Of a stretch of 64,000 nt of DNA, positions 37,153 to 46,314 are shown piece by piece. Below the pieces are notes generated by a model that searched no databases, was not told the DNA's origin, and saw only the letters and a list, made by a program, of their open reading frames with translations. The translations under genes were made by a program, and so were the position numbers. Within the stretch, counting starts at the first letter, position 1; each line of letters starts with the position of its first letter. Source of the stretch: an uncultured Lachnospiraceae bacterium. Lineage in GTDB: Bacteria; Bacillota; Clostridia; Lachnospirales; Lachnospiraceae. The DNA lies in NCBI GenBank assembly GCA_910584695.1, contig CAJUBR010000003.1, positions 8,545 through 72,544 of the forward strand, given 5' to 3'.

Positions 37153-38130
37153 CTACTCCTCTCTTATAATTTCTGTTACCTTTACGGCATATTTATCAGC
37201 ACCGGAACCCGGTAACGCTTTAAATTTAACAATATTACCAACATATACATCAAGTTCATCATCCACCTGAGAATTGAGTTTAATAATATCGCCAACTTGC
37301 AAATTAATAAAATCTATAACCGATATACTGCTTTTCCCTAACAGAGCTTTTATCGGTATCTGTGCCTTATTGATCAAAGTTTCAATCACCTCATCATAAG
37401 ACGTTTCATCTTTACTCTGCATAGTAGAAAACCAGTACTTAGTATTTAACTTATCCATAATATCCTCTAACGTAATAAACGGTAGGCAGACATTCATAAG
37501 TCCTTCCACATTACCAATCGCAACACTGATGGTAACAATGGCAATCATTTCACTTGGTGAAATGATCTGTGCGAATTGTGAATTCGTTTCGATTCTTTCC
37601 AATCTTGGGTAAATTTCAATTACATTACTCCACGGTTCCCGTAACAAATCCACCACAATTGTAAATATCCTTTCCAAAACACTTAATTCAATCTCTGAAA
37701 AATCTCTTGCCTTTTCAAGAGGATCTCCCATACCTCCAAGCATTCTGTCAATAATTGCGAATCCAAGATTCGATGCCAGTTCAATGATAACATTTCCCTG
37801 CAACGGGGCAAAATCCACAATTCCAAGCAATACCGGATTGGACAATGCATTAGAAAATTCAGAATAGGTAACTGCCTCTGAATTCATGACATCCACCTGC
37901 ACATTTTTTCGCAGGTATGCCGGCAAATTACTGGAAACCAGTCTGCCAAAATGCTCAAATATAATCTCTAATGTTCTTAAATGCTCCTTAGAGAATTTTG
38001 CCGGCCTTGCAAAATCATAATCTTTAATTTTAACCGCTGGTTCATCATTCATACCATCTACGTCTAATTCACCAGTACTTAATTGTTTCAGCAACGCATC
38101 AATCTCATTTTGAGATAATACATCTGCCAT
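37153..38130 (-). CDS. fliM: Flagellar switch protein FliM
   Basis: N-terminal LSQNEIDALL CheY-P binding motif. The 325-aa length is typical. Confidence 0.95.
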   Translation of the reverse strand: MADVLSQNEIDALLKQLSTGELDVDGMNDEPAVKIKDYDFARPAKFSKEHLRTLEIIFEHFGRLVSSNLPAYLRKNVQVDVMNSEAVTYSEFSNALSNPVLLGIVDFAPLQGNVIIELASNLGFAIIDRMLGGMGDPLEKARDFSEIELSVLERIFTIVVDLLREPWSNVIEIYPRLERIETNSQFAQIISPSEMIAIVTISVAIGNVEGLMNVCLPFITLEDIMDKLNTKYWFSTMQSKDETSYDEVIETLINKAQIPIKALLGKSSISVIDFINLQVGDIIKLNSQVDDELDVYVGNIVKFKALPGSGADKYAVKVTEIIREE

Positions 38131-38171
38131 ATTCTCACCTCCAATAGTATAATGACTGCTTCCTGATAAAA

Positions 38172-38681
38172 CTATTGGGTAGTAAATTTACTAAAGGATA
38201 CACTGTAAATACACTGCGTTGAATATTTCTTCTGGAGATTTTCAAGGATTTGCTTCTTTATTTTCTCCTGCGTTGCCTGATCTGACACCTCCGCATAAGT
38301 ATAATTCTGAATTACATTACGTGCTTCGTCAAAAACAGCACCAGATGCATCCGTCAGAACCCCATTCAACGTCTCATAATCCTTAGAAGAATTATCTAAT
38401 CCTAATGTCAGTCCCATCTGAACATAATGTTCTTCTCCACTGCCATCATCCTTTAAATTAACAACCTGTGCTTCGATATTAAAGTTTGCCATATGTTTTA
38501 AATCAACTGTCGGCTGTCCATCTTCACCTTCCAGCTCTAAGTCAAGAACTGATGCAATCCTTGTGATCAGATCATTTGTTTTCCTTGCAGAAGGCATGCA
38601 TACGAACACTAACATAATGTTCAATATCAGATTCACTACACAAATTGCTAAAATAATTACTGTAATTAAATTCTTTTTCAT
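38172..38681 (-). CDS. fliL: Flagellar basal-body-associated protein FliL
   Basis: 169 aa with a single N-terminal TM helix, positioned between motB and fliM. Confidence 0.8.
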   Translation of the reverse strand: MKKNLITVIILAICVVNLILNIMLVFVCMPSARKTNDLITRIASVLDLELEGEDGQPTVDLKHMANFNIEAQVVNLKDDGSGEEHYVQMGLTLGLDNSSKDYETLNGVLTDASGAVFDEARNVIQNYTYAEVSDQATQEKIKKQILENLQKKYSTQCIYSVSFSKFTTQ

Positions 38682-38690
38682 CGTCCTCTC

Positions 38691-39641
38691 CTATTCCTCC
38701 GTTTGTGCTGCGGAATTTAATTGATTATAAATCTTAACAGATACTCTTCGGTTCTTTGCCCTTCCTTCTTCTGTCTTGTTAGAATCTACCGGGCGGCTTT
38801 CCCCGTATCCTGCGACTTTCATATTTTTATCAATCAGATCGACCTGCTCCATCAAATATTCATAAACTTTAATTGCTCTTGCAGCCGACAAAGTCCGGTT
38901 ACTCTCATATTTTGCATTATGAATCGGAACATTGTCTGTATGTCCTTCAATTTCGACAACACAGTCTTTATATCTTTCCAATATGGATGCAATTTTCCTC
39001 ATAAATACTTTTGCATCCTCCCGAATTTCAGCCTGACCGGCATCGAACAAAACAGCACCATTCAAATCCAACGAAACATATTGCGAATTATAATCCAAAA
39101 CCACTCTTTCTTCTATACTATAAGAATCAATCATCTGGGAAATCTCATCATACATTTCTTCAGACTGTTCTAATCCCTGTTCCTCCATCTTTTCTTTTAA
39201 TTCCTGAACAGACATCTCCTTTTCCGCTACGATCTGATTCTCATTATCGATAATCGTCTCTTCCGTGTTCGGTTTCACACTATCCGGCTGATCCGAGCGT
39301 TCATTGGTTCCGTCATCTGCCCCTGTAGCTGATAAATCCTGATTATTTCCTTCCACCTTAGAAGAAACCCCTATATACTCCAGTATCGATTCAATTCCCG
39401 GAAGCTGTGTAACTCCACCGGAAACAATCTGTCCTTCTATCTTTGAAACCGCACCCGTTTCCAACACGCTAAAACTGATATTGTTAAAAGATGCCGCAAT
39501 TTTCTGAATCTTTTCTGCATCTACGGTAGAACTCGCAAATAACAGTACAAAAAAACAAAGCAACAGATTCATCAAATCACTAAATGTGTTCATCCATGCC
39601 GGTGACCCCTCTTCAGCAGGTTTTTCTTTTCTTTTTGCCAA
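38691..39641 (-). CDS. motB: Flagellar stator protein MotB (OmpA-like C-domain)
   Basis: WMNTFSDLMNLLLCFFVLL (conserved Asp plus TM helix) and a C-terminal OmpA-like EGHTDNVPI...NRRVSV. Confidence 0.9.
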   Translation of the reverse strand: MAKRKEKPAEEGSPAWMNTFSDLMNLLLCFFVLLFASSTVDAEKIQKIAASFNNISFSVLETGAVSKIEGQIVSGGVTQLPGIESILEYIGVSSKVEGNNQDLSATGADDGTNERSDQPDSVKPNTEETIIDNENQIVAEKEMSVQELKEKMEEQGLEQSEEMYDEISQMIDSYSIEERVVLDYNSQYVSLDLNGAVLFDAGQAEIREDAKVFMRKIASILERYKDCVVEIEGHTDNVPIHNAKYESNRTLSAARAIKVYEYLMEQVDLIDKNMKVAGYGESRPVDSNKTEEGRAKNRRVSVKIYNQLNSAAQTEE

Positions 39642-39643
39642 TT

Positions 39644-40438
39644 CTACTCACCGCCTTCGGACAGTTCCTCCCTGAGCCCAGGTGCAAGGAACGATTTTAA
39701 TTTCTCTTCAATTACTCTTGGATTCTCTCCTGCCTGAATCGATAACAAACCTTCAATCATTAATTCCTTTAATTGTATCTCCTCTTCATTCATTGAAGTT
39801 AGTTTTGTTGCCACCGGTGCACTTAACCAGTTTGCCAAAACAGAACCATAAAATGTAGTAACCAACGCAGTTGCCATAGACGGTCCGATGGAATCCGGGT
39901 CTGACAGATTCTTAAGCATCAATATCAATCCAATCAAAGTACCGATCATACCCCAGGCAGGTCCCATTGCACCAACCTGCTTCCAAAACTCAATATTTTT
40001 CTGATGTCTTGAATCCGTATTCACAAGCTCTGCATCCAGAATCCCTCTTACCAATTCAGGATCGGTACCATCGACAATCAGCAAAATTCCCTTTTTCATA
40101 AATGGATCTTCCAAATTATTGCTTGATTCCTCCAATGCCAGCAAGCCTTCTTTTCGTGCGACATTAGATAATTCAATAATCTGCCTGATGGTTCCCACCG
40201 GATCCAGCTTGGATGTTTTAAATATCAGAGACATTGTTTTTATGCCTCCCAAAAAACTCTGAATCGTATTACCTGCCAATACTGAACCAAAGGTACCACC
40301 AAATGTAATAAGAATGGATGCCACATCAATAAACCAGGGCAGTGCCGCCACACCATAATCTCCATTCGCCATACCAAAAATCATTAATGCCAATGCTGCT
40401 ATAAGTCCTATAATCGACGCTAAGTCCAAAACTTCCAC
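39644..40438 (-). CDS. motA: Flagellar stator protein MotA
   Basis: 264 aa with 4 TM helices and the GPSMATALVTTFYG motif. Confidence 0.92.
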   Translation of the reverse strand: MEVLDLASIIGLIAALALMIFGMANGDYGVAALPWFIDVASILITFGGTFGSVLAGNTIQSFLGGIKTMSLIFKTSKLDPVGTIRQIIELSNVARKEGLLALEESSNNLEDPFMKKGILLIVDGTDPELVRGILDAELVNTDSRHQKNIEFWKQVGAMGPAWGMIGTLIGLILMLKNLSDPDSIGPSMATALVTTFYGSVLANWLSAPVATKLTSMNEEEIQLKELMIEGLLSIQAGENPRVIEEKLKSFLAPGLREELSEGGE

Positions 40439-40523
40439 CTCACCTATCTATATGTAAATTCATGTTTTTACTTTGTGTTCAAAAACACATATATAATATA
40501 CCATAAAAATATGATATTTTCCA

Positions 40524-40721
40524 CTAAAATTTCAAAGAATCATTGTAAATCATTCTCTTATAGTATATTACTAGATTTGTCACCTCTTGTCTACTCTCTT
40601 TTACAATTATTTTTTTACCAGTGGTCAATGAAATAACTGTATCCGGTGTCTCTTCTACAAACTCAATAATTTCTGCATTTAATGTAAATTTTGTATTATT
40701 AATCTTTGTAAGCTCTATCAT
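40524..40721 (-). CDS. flbD: Flagellar protein FlbD
   Basis: ORF 40524..40754 trimmed to MIELTKINNTKFTLNAEIIEFVEETPDT (SD GGAGGTGG). The FlbD pattern and the position upstream of motA fit. Confidence 0.85.
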   Translation of the reverse strand: MIELTKINNTKFTLNAEIIEFVEETPDTVISLTTGKKIIVKESRQEVTNLVIYYKRMIYNDSLKF

Positions 40722-40790
40722 CTTTCCACCTCCGTCTTTTTTGTAAATCTTCATACAACACCCGGCACAATCTATTTTCTTACTTTTTAT

Positions 40791-40846
40791 CAGGCAAAAA
40801 ACAAAAAGGGAGGACGTCTCACTTACTATGTAAAAGAGACATCCCC
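40791..40846 (-). terminator. Intrinsic terminator directly after flgE, inside the fla/che cluster
   Basis: The reverse strand reads GGGGATGTCTC-ttttacatagtaagt-GAGACGTCCTCCC, followed by TTTTTGTTTTTTG. Confidence 0.7.
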
Positions 40847-40859
40847 TTTTTAAACAAGA

Positions 40860-42374
40860 TTATCGTTTCAGATTTACCAGTTCTTCAATCAAAGTATCAG
40901 AAACCGTAATAATTCTGGAATTTGCCTGAAAACCTCTTTGGGTAACAATCATCTCTGTAAATTCTTTTGAAAGGTCCACATTAGACATTTCTAATACATT
41001 CTGAGTCATGGAATCCCCTGTATTAGAGATATCTGCTCCAATTCCGTCAAATTCACCGGAAGCTCTTGTTTCCCGGTATAAACTACCTCCAATTGCTTCC
41101 AGACCGGCAGGATTCACAAAATTAGCAACTGCAATCTGCCCTAATAATCTTTCAACACCATTGCTATAAGTACCGTAAATCTTACCGTTTGTATCAATCA
41201 CGATATCATCTAACGTACCTACTGTACGACCTCCTCCGGTTGTGCCGCGATGCGTTTCCACAGCACATTCACCGCCACCGCCCTGAACCTCATACATGGT
41301 AAGAGCAGAACAATCTACATTTACACCTAAGTAAACAGAGGAATCCAGAGAGTTTTGATCAATTGCAGAAACCGGATAATTGTTTCCGTTAATAGTAACC
41401 GTTTTCTGTCCGCCTGTAACATTAACCGCAGTCACCACACCCGTTACCGCTGGAAGAGGACCAACCGCTTTGACACTCACCGTCTTTCCAATCAGATCAT
41501 TGGTCCCGGATGAAAAAACATCTCCCTTACTGGCGTTATTCGGTACAATGGATAACAGCATTCCCTTCTCATTCCCTGTTGCACCTACTCCTATAAAAGA
41601 ACCTGTATCTTTGTCAAATCGGATTTGTGCTGCACCAAGTGTCGCTGTATATCCGTTCTGTAAAATATCATTTTCTTTGGAATCTTTGATAGAATCCACC
41701 GCTATATTATACAGACTGCTGTCATTTGGATCCTGAGTAATCTTGAATTTAACCGTATAGGTATATCCAAGATTATCATAAATCGACACCGTTGTAACTG
41801 TACCTTCCTGTGTAAGCAATTTCGGATCCGTTGCTACAATATTACCGGATATATTGACTTCAGAAGTCATCTCCGGTGCTGCAGTCTGATTCTCTATCGA
41901 TTTCGGTCGAAGTGCTGATACAGTGTCTCTTCTGATTTGATCCGGATTCTCCGGGTCCACCTGCCATCCCATTACAAAATCACCGTCACCGGTCACCAGA
42001 TTACCGGCATCATCCACATCAAATGCACCGACTTTTGTAAAATAATTCGTTCCGGCACGATTGACAATAAAAAATTCACTTCCGTTGATCATTAAATCAT
42101 ACGGATTATTTGTAGACTGTGAAGAACCAGGAGTATGTGAAACATTAATCGTTGCCACCCCGGTACCCAAACCAATCTGTTTGGCATTCCTTCCGCCGGA
42201 ATTCCCCGTTGCACCGGTTGCATTTTGTGTTGTCTGATACAAAACATCCTTAAATAATACGGAACTGCTCTTAAACCCTACGGTATTTACATTTGCAATA
42301 TTGTTACCAATAACATCCATTTTTGTCTGGTGTGTTCTAAGTCCTGCTACACCAGAATACATTGATCTCATCAT
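40860..42374 (-). CDS. flgE: Flagellar hook protein FlgE
   Basis: N-terminal MRSMYSGVAGL...IGNNIANVNTVGFK and a C-terminal rod/hook domain (MSNVDLSKEFTEMIVTQRGFQANSR). Confidence 0.95.
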   Translation of the reverse strand: MMRSMYSGVAGLRTHQTKMDVIGNNIANVNTVGFKSSSVLFKDVLYQTTQNATGATGNSGGRNAKQIGLGTGVATINVSHTPGSSQSTNNPYDLMINGSEFFIVNRAGTNYFTKVGAFDVDDAGNLVTGDGDFVMGWQVDPENPDQIRRDTVSALRPKSIENQTAAPEMTSEVNISGNIVATDPKLLTQEGTVTTVSIYDNLGYTYTVKFKITQDPNDSSLYNIAVDSIKDSKENDILQNGYTATLGAAQIRFDKDTGSFIGVGATGNEKGMLLSIVPNNASKGDVFSSGTNDLIGKTVSVKAVGPLPAVTGVVTAVNVTGGQKTVTINGNNYPVSAIDQNSLDSSVYLGVNVDCSALTMYEVQGGGGECAVETHRGTTGGGRTVGTLDDIVIDTNGKIYGTYSNGVERLLGQIAVANFVNPAGLEAIGGSLYRETRASGEFDGIGADISNTGDSMTQNVLEMSNVDLSKEFTEMIVTQRGFQANSRIITVSDTLIEELVNLKR

Positions 42375-42450
42375 AATTACTGACCTCCTAAATTTAATTG
42401 ATGTCTATCCCGTCCGCCATTCAGGGATAAATAGCCTCCAAAAGGTCCGG

Positions 42451-42864
42451 CTATACAATTACTGCTCCATCAATATTTGTAAACACATTACTATCATTTG
42501 TTTCCTGATCCATTGCTGTAATTACTGTATTATTCTTTATATTTACAATAAAAGCAATATTATCCATCATAACTAAAGACTCTTTAATGCTTTTTTCCTT
42601 CGCCTGCATAACTCCTTTATTCAGTCGTTCCAACTGTTCGTCATTCAGATTGATATTACGGCTGGCAAGTCTGTCATTTGCATGCTTGGAAAATGTCACT
42701 TCCTGTAAAGAGGCATTTTTCCTGCCTGCTTCTTCAAGAAAAACCTGTTGAAAAGAAAGTCTTTGTTCATTTTCAGCTTTCTGTCTGCCGGTAATCTTAC
42801 TATCATTAAGATACCTATCTTTTACCTGGTCAATTGACATAAATGAACTTTGTAAACGGTTCAT
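42451..42864 (-). CDS. Flagellar operon protein (TIGR02530-like, unknown role)
   Basis: 137 aa with an FSKHANDRLASRNINL motif, positioned between flgD and flgE as in Bacillus and Clostridium. Confidence 0.7.
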   Translation of the reverse strand: MNRLQSSFMSIDQVKDRYLNDSKITGRQKAENEQRLSFQQVFLEEAGRKNASLQEVTFSKHANDRLASRNINLNDEQLERLNKGVMQAKEKSIKESLVMMDNIAFIVNIKNNTVITAMDQETNDSNVFTNIDGAVIV

Positions 42865-42893
42865 ACGATCTCCCCTTTTCCTTAAGGTTGTGT

Positions 42894-43397
42894 TTATTCA
42901 GCTCCTTCTGTATCACCTTCTGAACCTGTTGTCTGGTCATTCTTATTTTCGTCGGAATTATTCGGATTATTATTCATAATATATTCCAAATAATCAAGAC
43001 TTACTACCGAATCCAGATATTCTGCATCATAATACTTGTCCTTAATGGAAAAATAAGCTTTTCCGTCACGCAGCGTTACATAATCAACAAGCCCGCTCAC
43101 CTGCGAAATCTTTCCAGATGAATCAGGGACATTTAGTATCACATATTTCCCAGCAAGATTCATAGACTGATTTGTCATGTATGTACTATTGAGATTTTCC
43201 AACTGCTCCACTGTTGAAAATTGTGCCAACTGTGACATATACTCTGTGTTACTGGTAGGTTCCAACGGATCCTGATACCTCATCTGTGCTGCCAAAAGCT
43301 GCAAAAAAGCATCTTTATCCAGTGAACTGTTCGACTTAGATGAATTATTTGCCACTGCTTGATTCGCAGCTGATGTATTAATTCCAATTCCTGCCAT
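42894..43397 (-). CDS. flgD: Flagellar hook capping protein FlgD
   Basis: ORF 42894..43415 trimmed to MAGIGINTS (GGAGG 7 nt upstream). The FLQLLAAQMRYQDPLEP motif is present. Confidence 0.9.
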   Translation of the reverse strand: MAGIGINTSAANQAVANNSSKSNSSLDKDAFLQLLAAQMRYQDPLEPTSNTEYMSQLAQFSTVEQLENLNSTYMTNQSMNLAGKYVILNVPDSSGKISQVSGLVDYVTLRDGKAYFSIKDKYYDAEYLDSVVSLDYLEYIMNNNPNNSDENKNDQTTGSEGDTEGAE

Positions 43398-43420
43398 CTT
43401 CATACCTCCTATCATTATTT

Positions 43421-43433
43421 TTCATTATATCAT
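43421..43433 (-). promoter_or_regulatory. Extended -10 element (TGaTATAAT), proximal copy
   Basis: The reverse strand reads ATGATATAATGAA. The 13-mer ends 23 nt upstream of the flgD ATG at 43397 and just upstream of its GGAGG. Confidence 0.45.
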
Positions 43434-43490
43434 GAACAAAGTTCATGATCACATTTGACAAATTTACCTTTGCAAGCAAGTAAATTTATC

Positions 43491-43503
43491 TTCATTATAT
43501 CAT
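43491..43503 (-). promoter_or_regulatory. Extended -10 element (TGaTATAAT), distal copy of a duplicated 13-mer in the fliK-flgD spacer
   Basis: The reverse strand reads ATGATATAATGAA. An identical 13-mer recurs at 43421-43433. Confidence 0.45.
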
Positions 43504-43529
43504 ATCGGCATAAATGCCGGTACGCTTTC
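43502..43529 (-). promoter_or_regulatory. Sigma-28 (SigD)-like promoter match
   Basis: The reverse strand reads GAAA - 16 nt - GCCGATAT. The -10 is a perfect match to the Bacillus SigD consensus GCCGATAT, while the -35 is GAAA rather than TAAA. It overlaps the distal extended -10. Confidence 0.35.
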
Positions 43530-43534
43530 ATTCA

Positions 43535-45025
43535 TTAAGCTGTGTAGCTTACGCTGCTCCCTGCTGCCATCATCTTAAGATTTTCAGCCTCATCCTCCTT
43601 TTGGATATCATCATCCATTCCGGATAAATCCAGCTTTCTACCACTTTTAGAATTCTGATTTTCCTGATACGAATTCTGCTGCTCATTCTGCTGTTCAAAT
43701 CCGGTAGTAGAAACCATAACTTCGATTGCTTCTACTTTAAGATTTTGCTGTTCTAACGTATCTTTCAGATTTGACAAGCCACCTTCAATCGCCTGTTTAG
43801 CAGCCTCTGTCTCAGCCGCAATCCGTGCTGTCATAACTCCATCCTTGGAAACAACATGAATCTGAATCTTTCCTAAATGTTCAGGATAAAGCTGTAATTC
43901 CATAGAAGTCGAATCCTGATTCATACTGATACGAACCTGTTCTACAATCTGTTTAATAATATTGTTCTCGGGAACCGATTCTTCCGCCATAACGCTTTCC
44001 TGTATATGACTTACCGCATCATTCATCGCCTGAAGGATTGGATTTTCAAAATTCTCTCCATGAACCGTTACTGTACCCTTTACCGGTTCGGTTTCCCTGC
44101 CTGCCATTTGAGAAGATGCGTCTTCTTTTTGATGTTCCGGCTGTTTTTCCATATCCTTCTTAAGCTTCGTTTCCTGTCCGGATATCAGAACTTCCGGCTC
44201 CTTTTCTACTTTTTCCGAAGCAGTTGATAAATAGTCAGACTGCTCAAAATCTTTTTCTTTCACAAGTTCCTGCAGTCCTGACTCCTTCGCCAGTAATGTT
44301 CCCGCATCCATTCCCTGTAAAACAGTTATCAAATCCTCTTCCTGTAATCCATGCTGTTCCAGTATTTGCGAAAATCCATCCATAAAGGCTTGCAATTCCT
44401 GATTCAACTCTTCGTTGACAAGTAAATCCGAAAAATCCGCTGATTTCATATTCAGGAAAAATTCCTTCAGACCTGCTTTTGTCAATAAATCCGTCGTTTC
44501 CATACCAAATTCATTTAACTTAGCTGTCAAATCCTCCGGCACAAGTTCGAAATGTTCCATTACCATTTGTATAATACTGCCAAGTGCTGCCAAAACCGTT
44601 TCCTGATCTTCAGCCGTTACATCGATTGGAAATGCTGGATTTGTTTCTGCGGAATCTTCCACTGCATCCGTTTGTTTCGTATCATCCGGCTCCTTTAAGG
44701 AATCCGTTGGCTTTGAATCATCTTCACGGTCAGACACTTTATCATCCTTTGATAATTCCATCTGTTTCTTGCTGTCCGCATCCCTCAAATCATCCGCAGT
44801 ATCCGTAACGGAAACACTACTATTATGATCCGCAGTCTGTTTCGCCGTATCCTTTAGAAGTTCAACATCATTTCTGTCCGTATTCCGGTTTCCCGCTGAT
44901 ATCAAAAAACTTGTAAAATCTGAAGATCCTGTTTTTTTATCCGCTTTGGATGCTTTACTTCCATTCCCTGACGAACTTTTAGTCATTAAAAAATTTGATA
45001 CGTCTACATTTTCTTTTACCTGCAT
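43535..45025 (-). CDS. fliK: Flagellar hook-length control protein FliK
   Basis: A long acidic, disordered N-region, followed by a C-terminal Flg_hook domain (LQLYPEHLGKIQIHVVSKDGVMTARIAAE). Confidence 0.88.
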   Translation of the reverse strand: MQVKENVDVSNFLMTKSSSGNGSKASKADKKTGSSDFTSFLISAGNRNTDRNDVELLKDTAKQTADHNSSVSVTDTADDLRDADSKKQMELSKDDKVSDREDDSKPTDSLKEPDDTKQTDAVEDSAETNPAFPIDVTAEDQETVLAALGSIIQMVMEHFELVPEDLTAKLNEFGMETTDLLTKAGLKEFFLNMKSADFSDLLVNEELNQELQAFMDGFSQILEQHGLQEEDLITVLQGMDAGTLLAKESGLQELVKEKDFEQSDYLSTASEKVEKEPEVLISGQETKLKKDMEKQPEHQKEDASSQMAGRETEPVKGTVTVHGENFENPILQAMNDAVSHIQESVMAEESVPENNIIKQIVEQVRISMNQDSTSMELQLYPEHLGKIQIHVVSKDGVMTARIAAETEAAKQAIEGGLSNLKDTLEQQNLKVEAIEVMVSTTGFEQQNEQQNSYQENQNSKSGRKLDLSGMDDDIQKEDEAENLKMMAAGSSVSYTA

Positions 45026-45057
45026 TCTCTGCCTCCTTTCTTTTTATAAAATTGTGG

Positions 45058-45822
45058 TTAAGGCATAAGCTTTTTCGTGACATTTGCAGCAAAAGCCGGA
45101 TCCATTTGATCCATAACCTTAGCTCTGCTGTCAGCTTTCATTGCCCCAAGTATTGTTGCTACCGTATCCAGATTATCATTCATTTTCTGCAGTACCGCGG
45201 CCGCTTCTGCAGGCTTCATATTCTCATATGTCTTTGCCAGGTCCTTAAGTTCCGAATTGGCTGACTGTTTCGAGATAAGCTGTCTATAGATAGCTTCTGC
45301 ATTCGCAGAATCAATACTTTCATACCACTTAATATATGTATCGGCATCTGGAGCCTTTTCTCCATAGATTATTTCGCTGTAAAATTGTTCTTTTTGCTTT
45401 TGAAAGTCACTTTGATTATCTTCAAAAGCCCTTAACCGATCTACTTCCTTGGATAAATCATCATTATTTTCCTTTAAGGATTTGTTATTTTTTGATAATT
45501 TCTCATTTTCTGCCTGAAGCTGTTCAATCATATCCATCGCCTGGGAAAGCGTTGCAATCTGACTATCCTCCATTGTATCCTTCGCATCCTCTACTAACTC
45601 CTCTTCCGACGCAGCAGGAAGTATTTTATTGATAACCGGAACATTCTTCAACACAGGCCGGAGTACTGTACTGCCAAATCCTCCCACATCAAACTTAATT
45701 AAAGCTACAAAGATTGCCAGCCAGACAAATATAATCAAAAGAACAAAAAAGGCAGATAATATTTTACTTCCAAGCTTTTCTTCATTATCATCATCTCTTT
45801 GTGTTACATTTCTTTGTGCCAT
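45058..45822 (-). CDS. MotE/YlxF-family flagellar protein (MgtE_N-like C-domain)
   Basis: 254 aa with an N-terminal TM helix, a coiled coil, and C-terminal MKPAEAAAVLQKMNDNLDTVATILGAMKADSRAKVM. It lies between fliJ and fliK. Confidence 0.75.
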   Translation of the reverse strand: MAQRNVTQRDDDNEEKLGSKILSAFFVLLIIFVWLAIFVALIKFDVGGFGSTVLRPVLKNVPVINKILPAASEEELVEDAKDTMEDSQIATLSQAMDMIEQLQAENEKLSKNNKSLKENNDDLSKEVDRLRAFEDNQSDFQKQKEQFYSEIIYGEKAPDADTYIKWYESIDSANAEAIYRQLISKQSANSELKDLAKTYENMKPAEAAAVLQKMNDNLDTVATILGAMKADSRAKVMDQMDPAFAANVTKKLMP

Positions 45823-45828
45823 AAGACC

Positions 45829-46287
45829 TTATACCTCCTCCTGTGTATTCTTGTTACTATATTGATAGCTTACCAACTGATCGATTTCTTTCGCCTCTTC
45901 CTGCTTAAGCTCCTGCAGGAAAGATTCAAACTGGTTTTCTTTTAATTTCTCATGAATTTTTCTCTCTTTCATCGCTTCTTTCATGACCTCATTCGCCTGT
46001 TCTAATTCTCTTTGAACGATATCAACCACTTTTTGCTGTTCCATAATATATTCATCCATAATTAAAATAGCATCCTTACAGCTTTCAATTTCCAAAACAT
46101 TCAATTTCTCCAATAACAGCCTTCTGTATGTCTCAAAATATTCTTCTTTTCTCTTATTCAAATGAGCCAGTACCATCTCTTCTTCATTTAATTTCGTACG
46201 TACTTCCATATAGTGCTGTTTTGCCTGTTCTTCCAGTTTGTACTTGATATCCAAGATGCTTTGCATACGATATATGAATTTTGCCAC
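45829..46287 (-). CDS. fliJ: Flagellar export chaperone/stalk protein FliJ
   Basis: 152 aa coiled coil located after fliI. The N-terminal FIYRMQSILDIK pattern is present. Confidence 0.85.
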   Translation of the reverse strand: MAKFIYRMQSILDIKYKLEEQAKQHYMEVRTKLNEEEMVLAHLNKRKEEYFETYRRLLLEKLNVLEIESCKDAILIMDEYIMEQQKVVDIVQRELEQANEVMKEAMKERKIHEKLKENQFESFLQELKQEEAKEIDQLVSYQYSNKNTQEEV

Positions 46288-46314
46288 AATTACTCCTGTC
46301 TTTTTATTCGCTTA

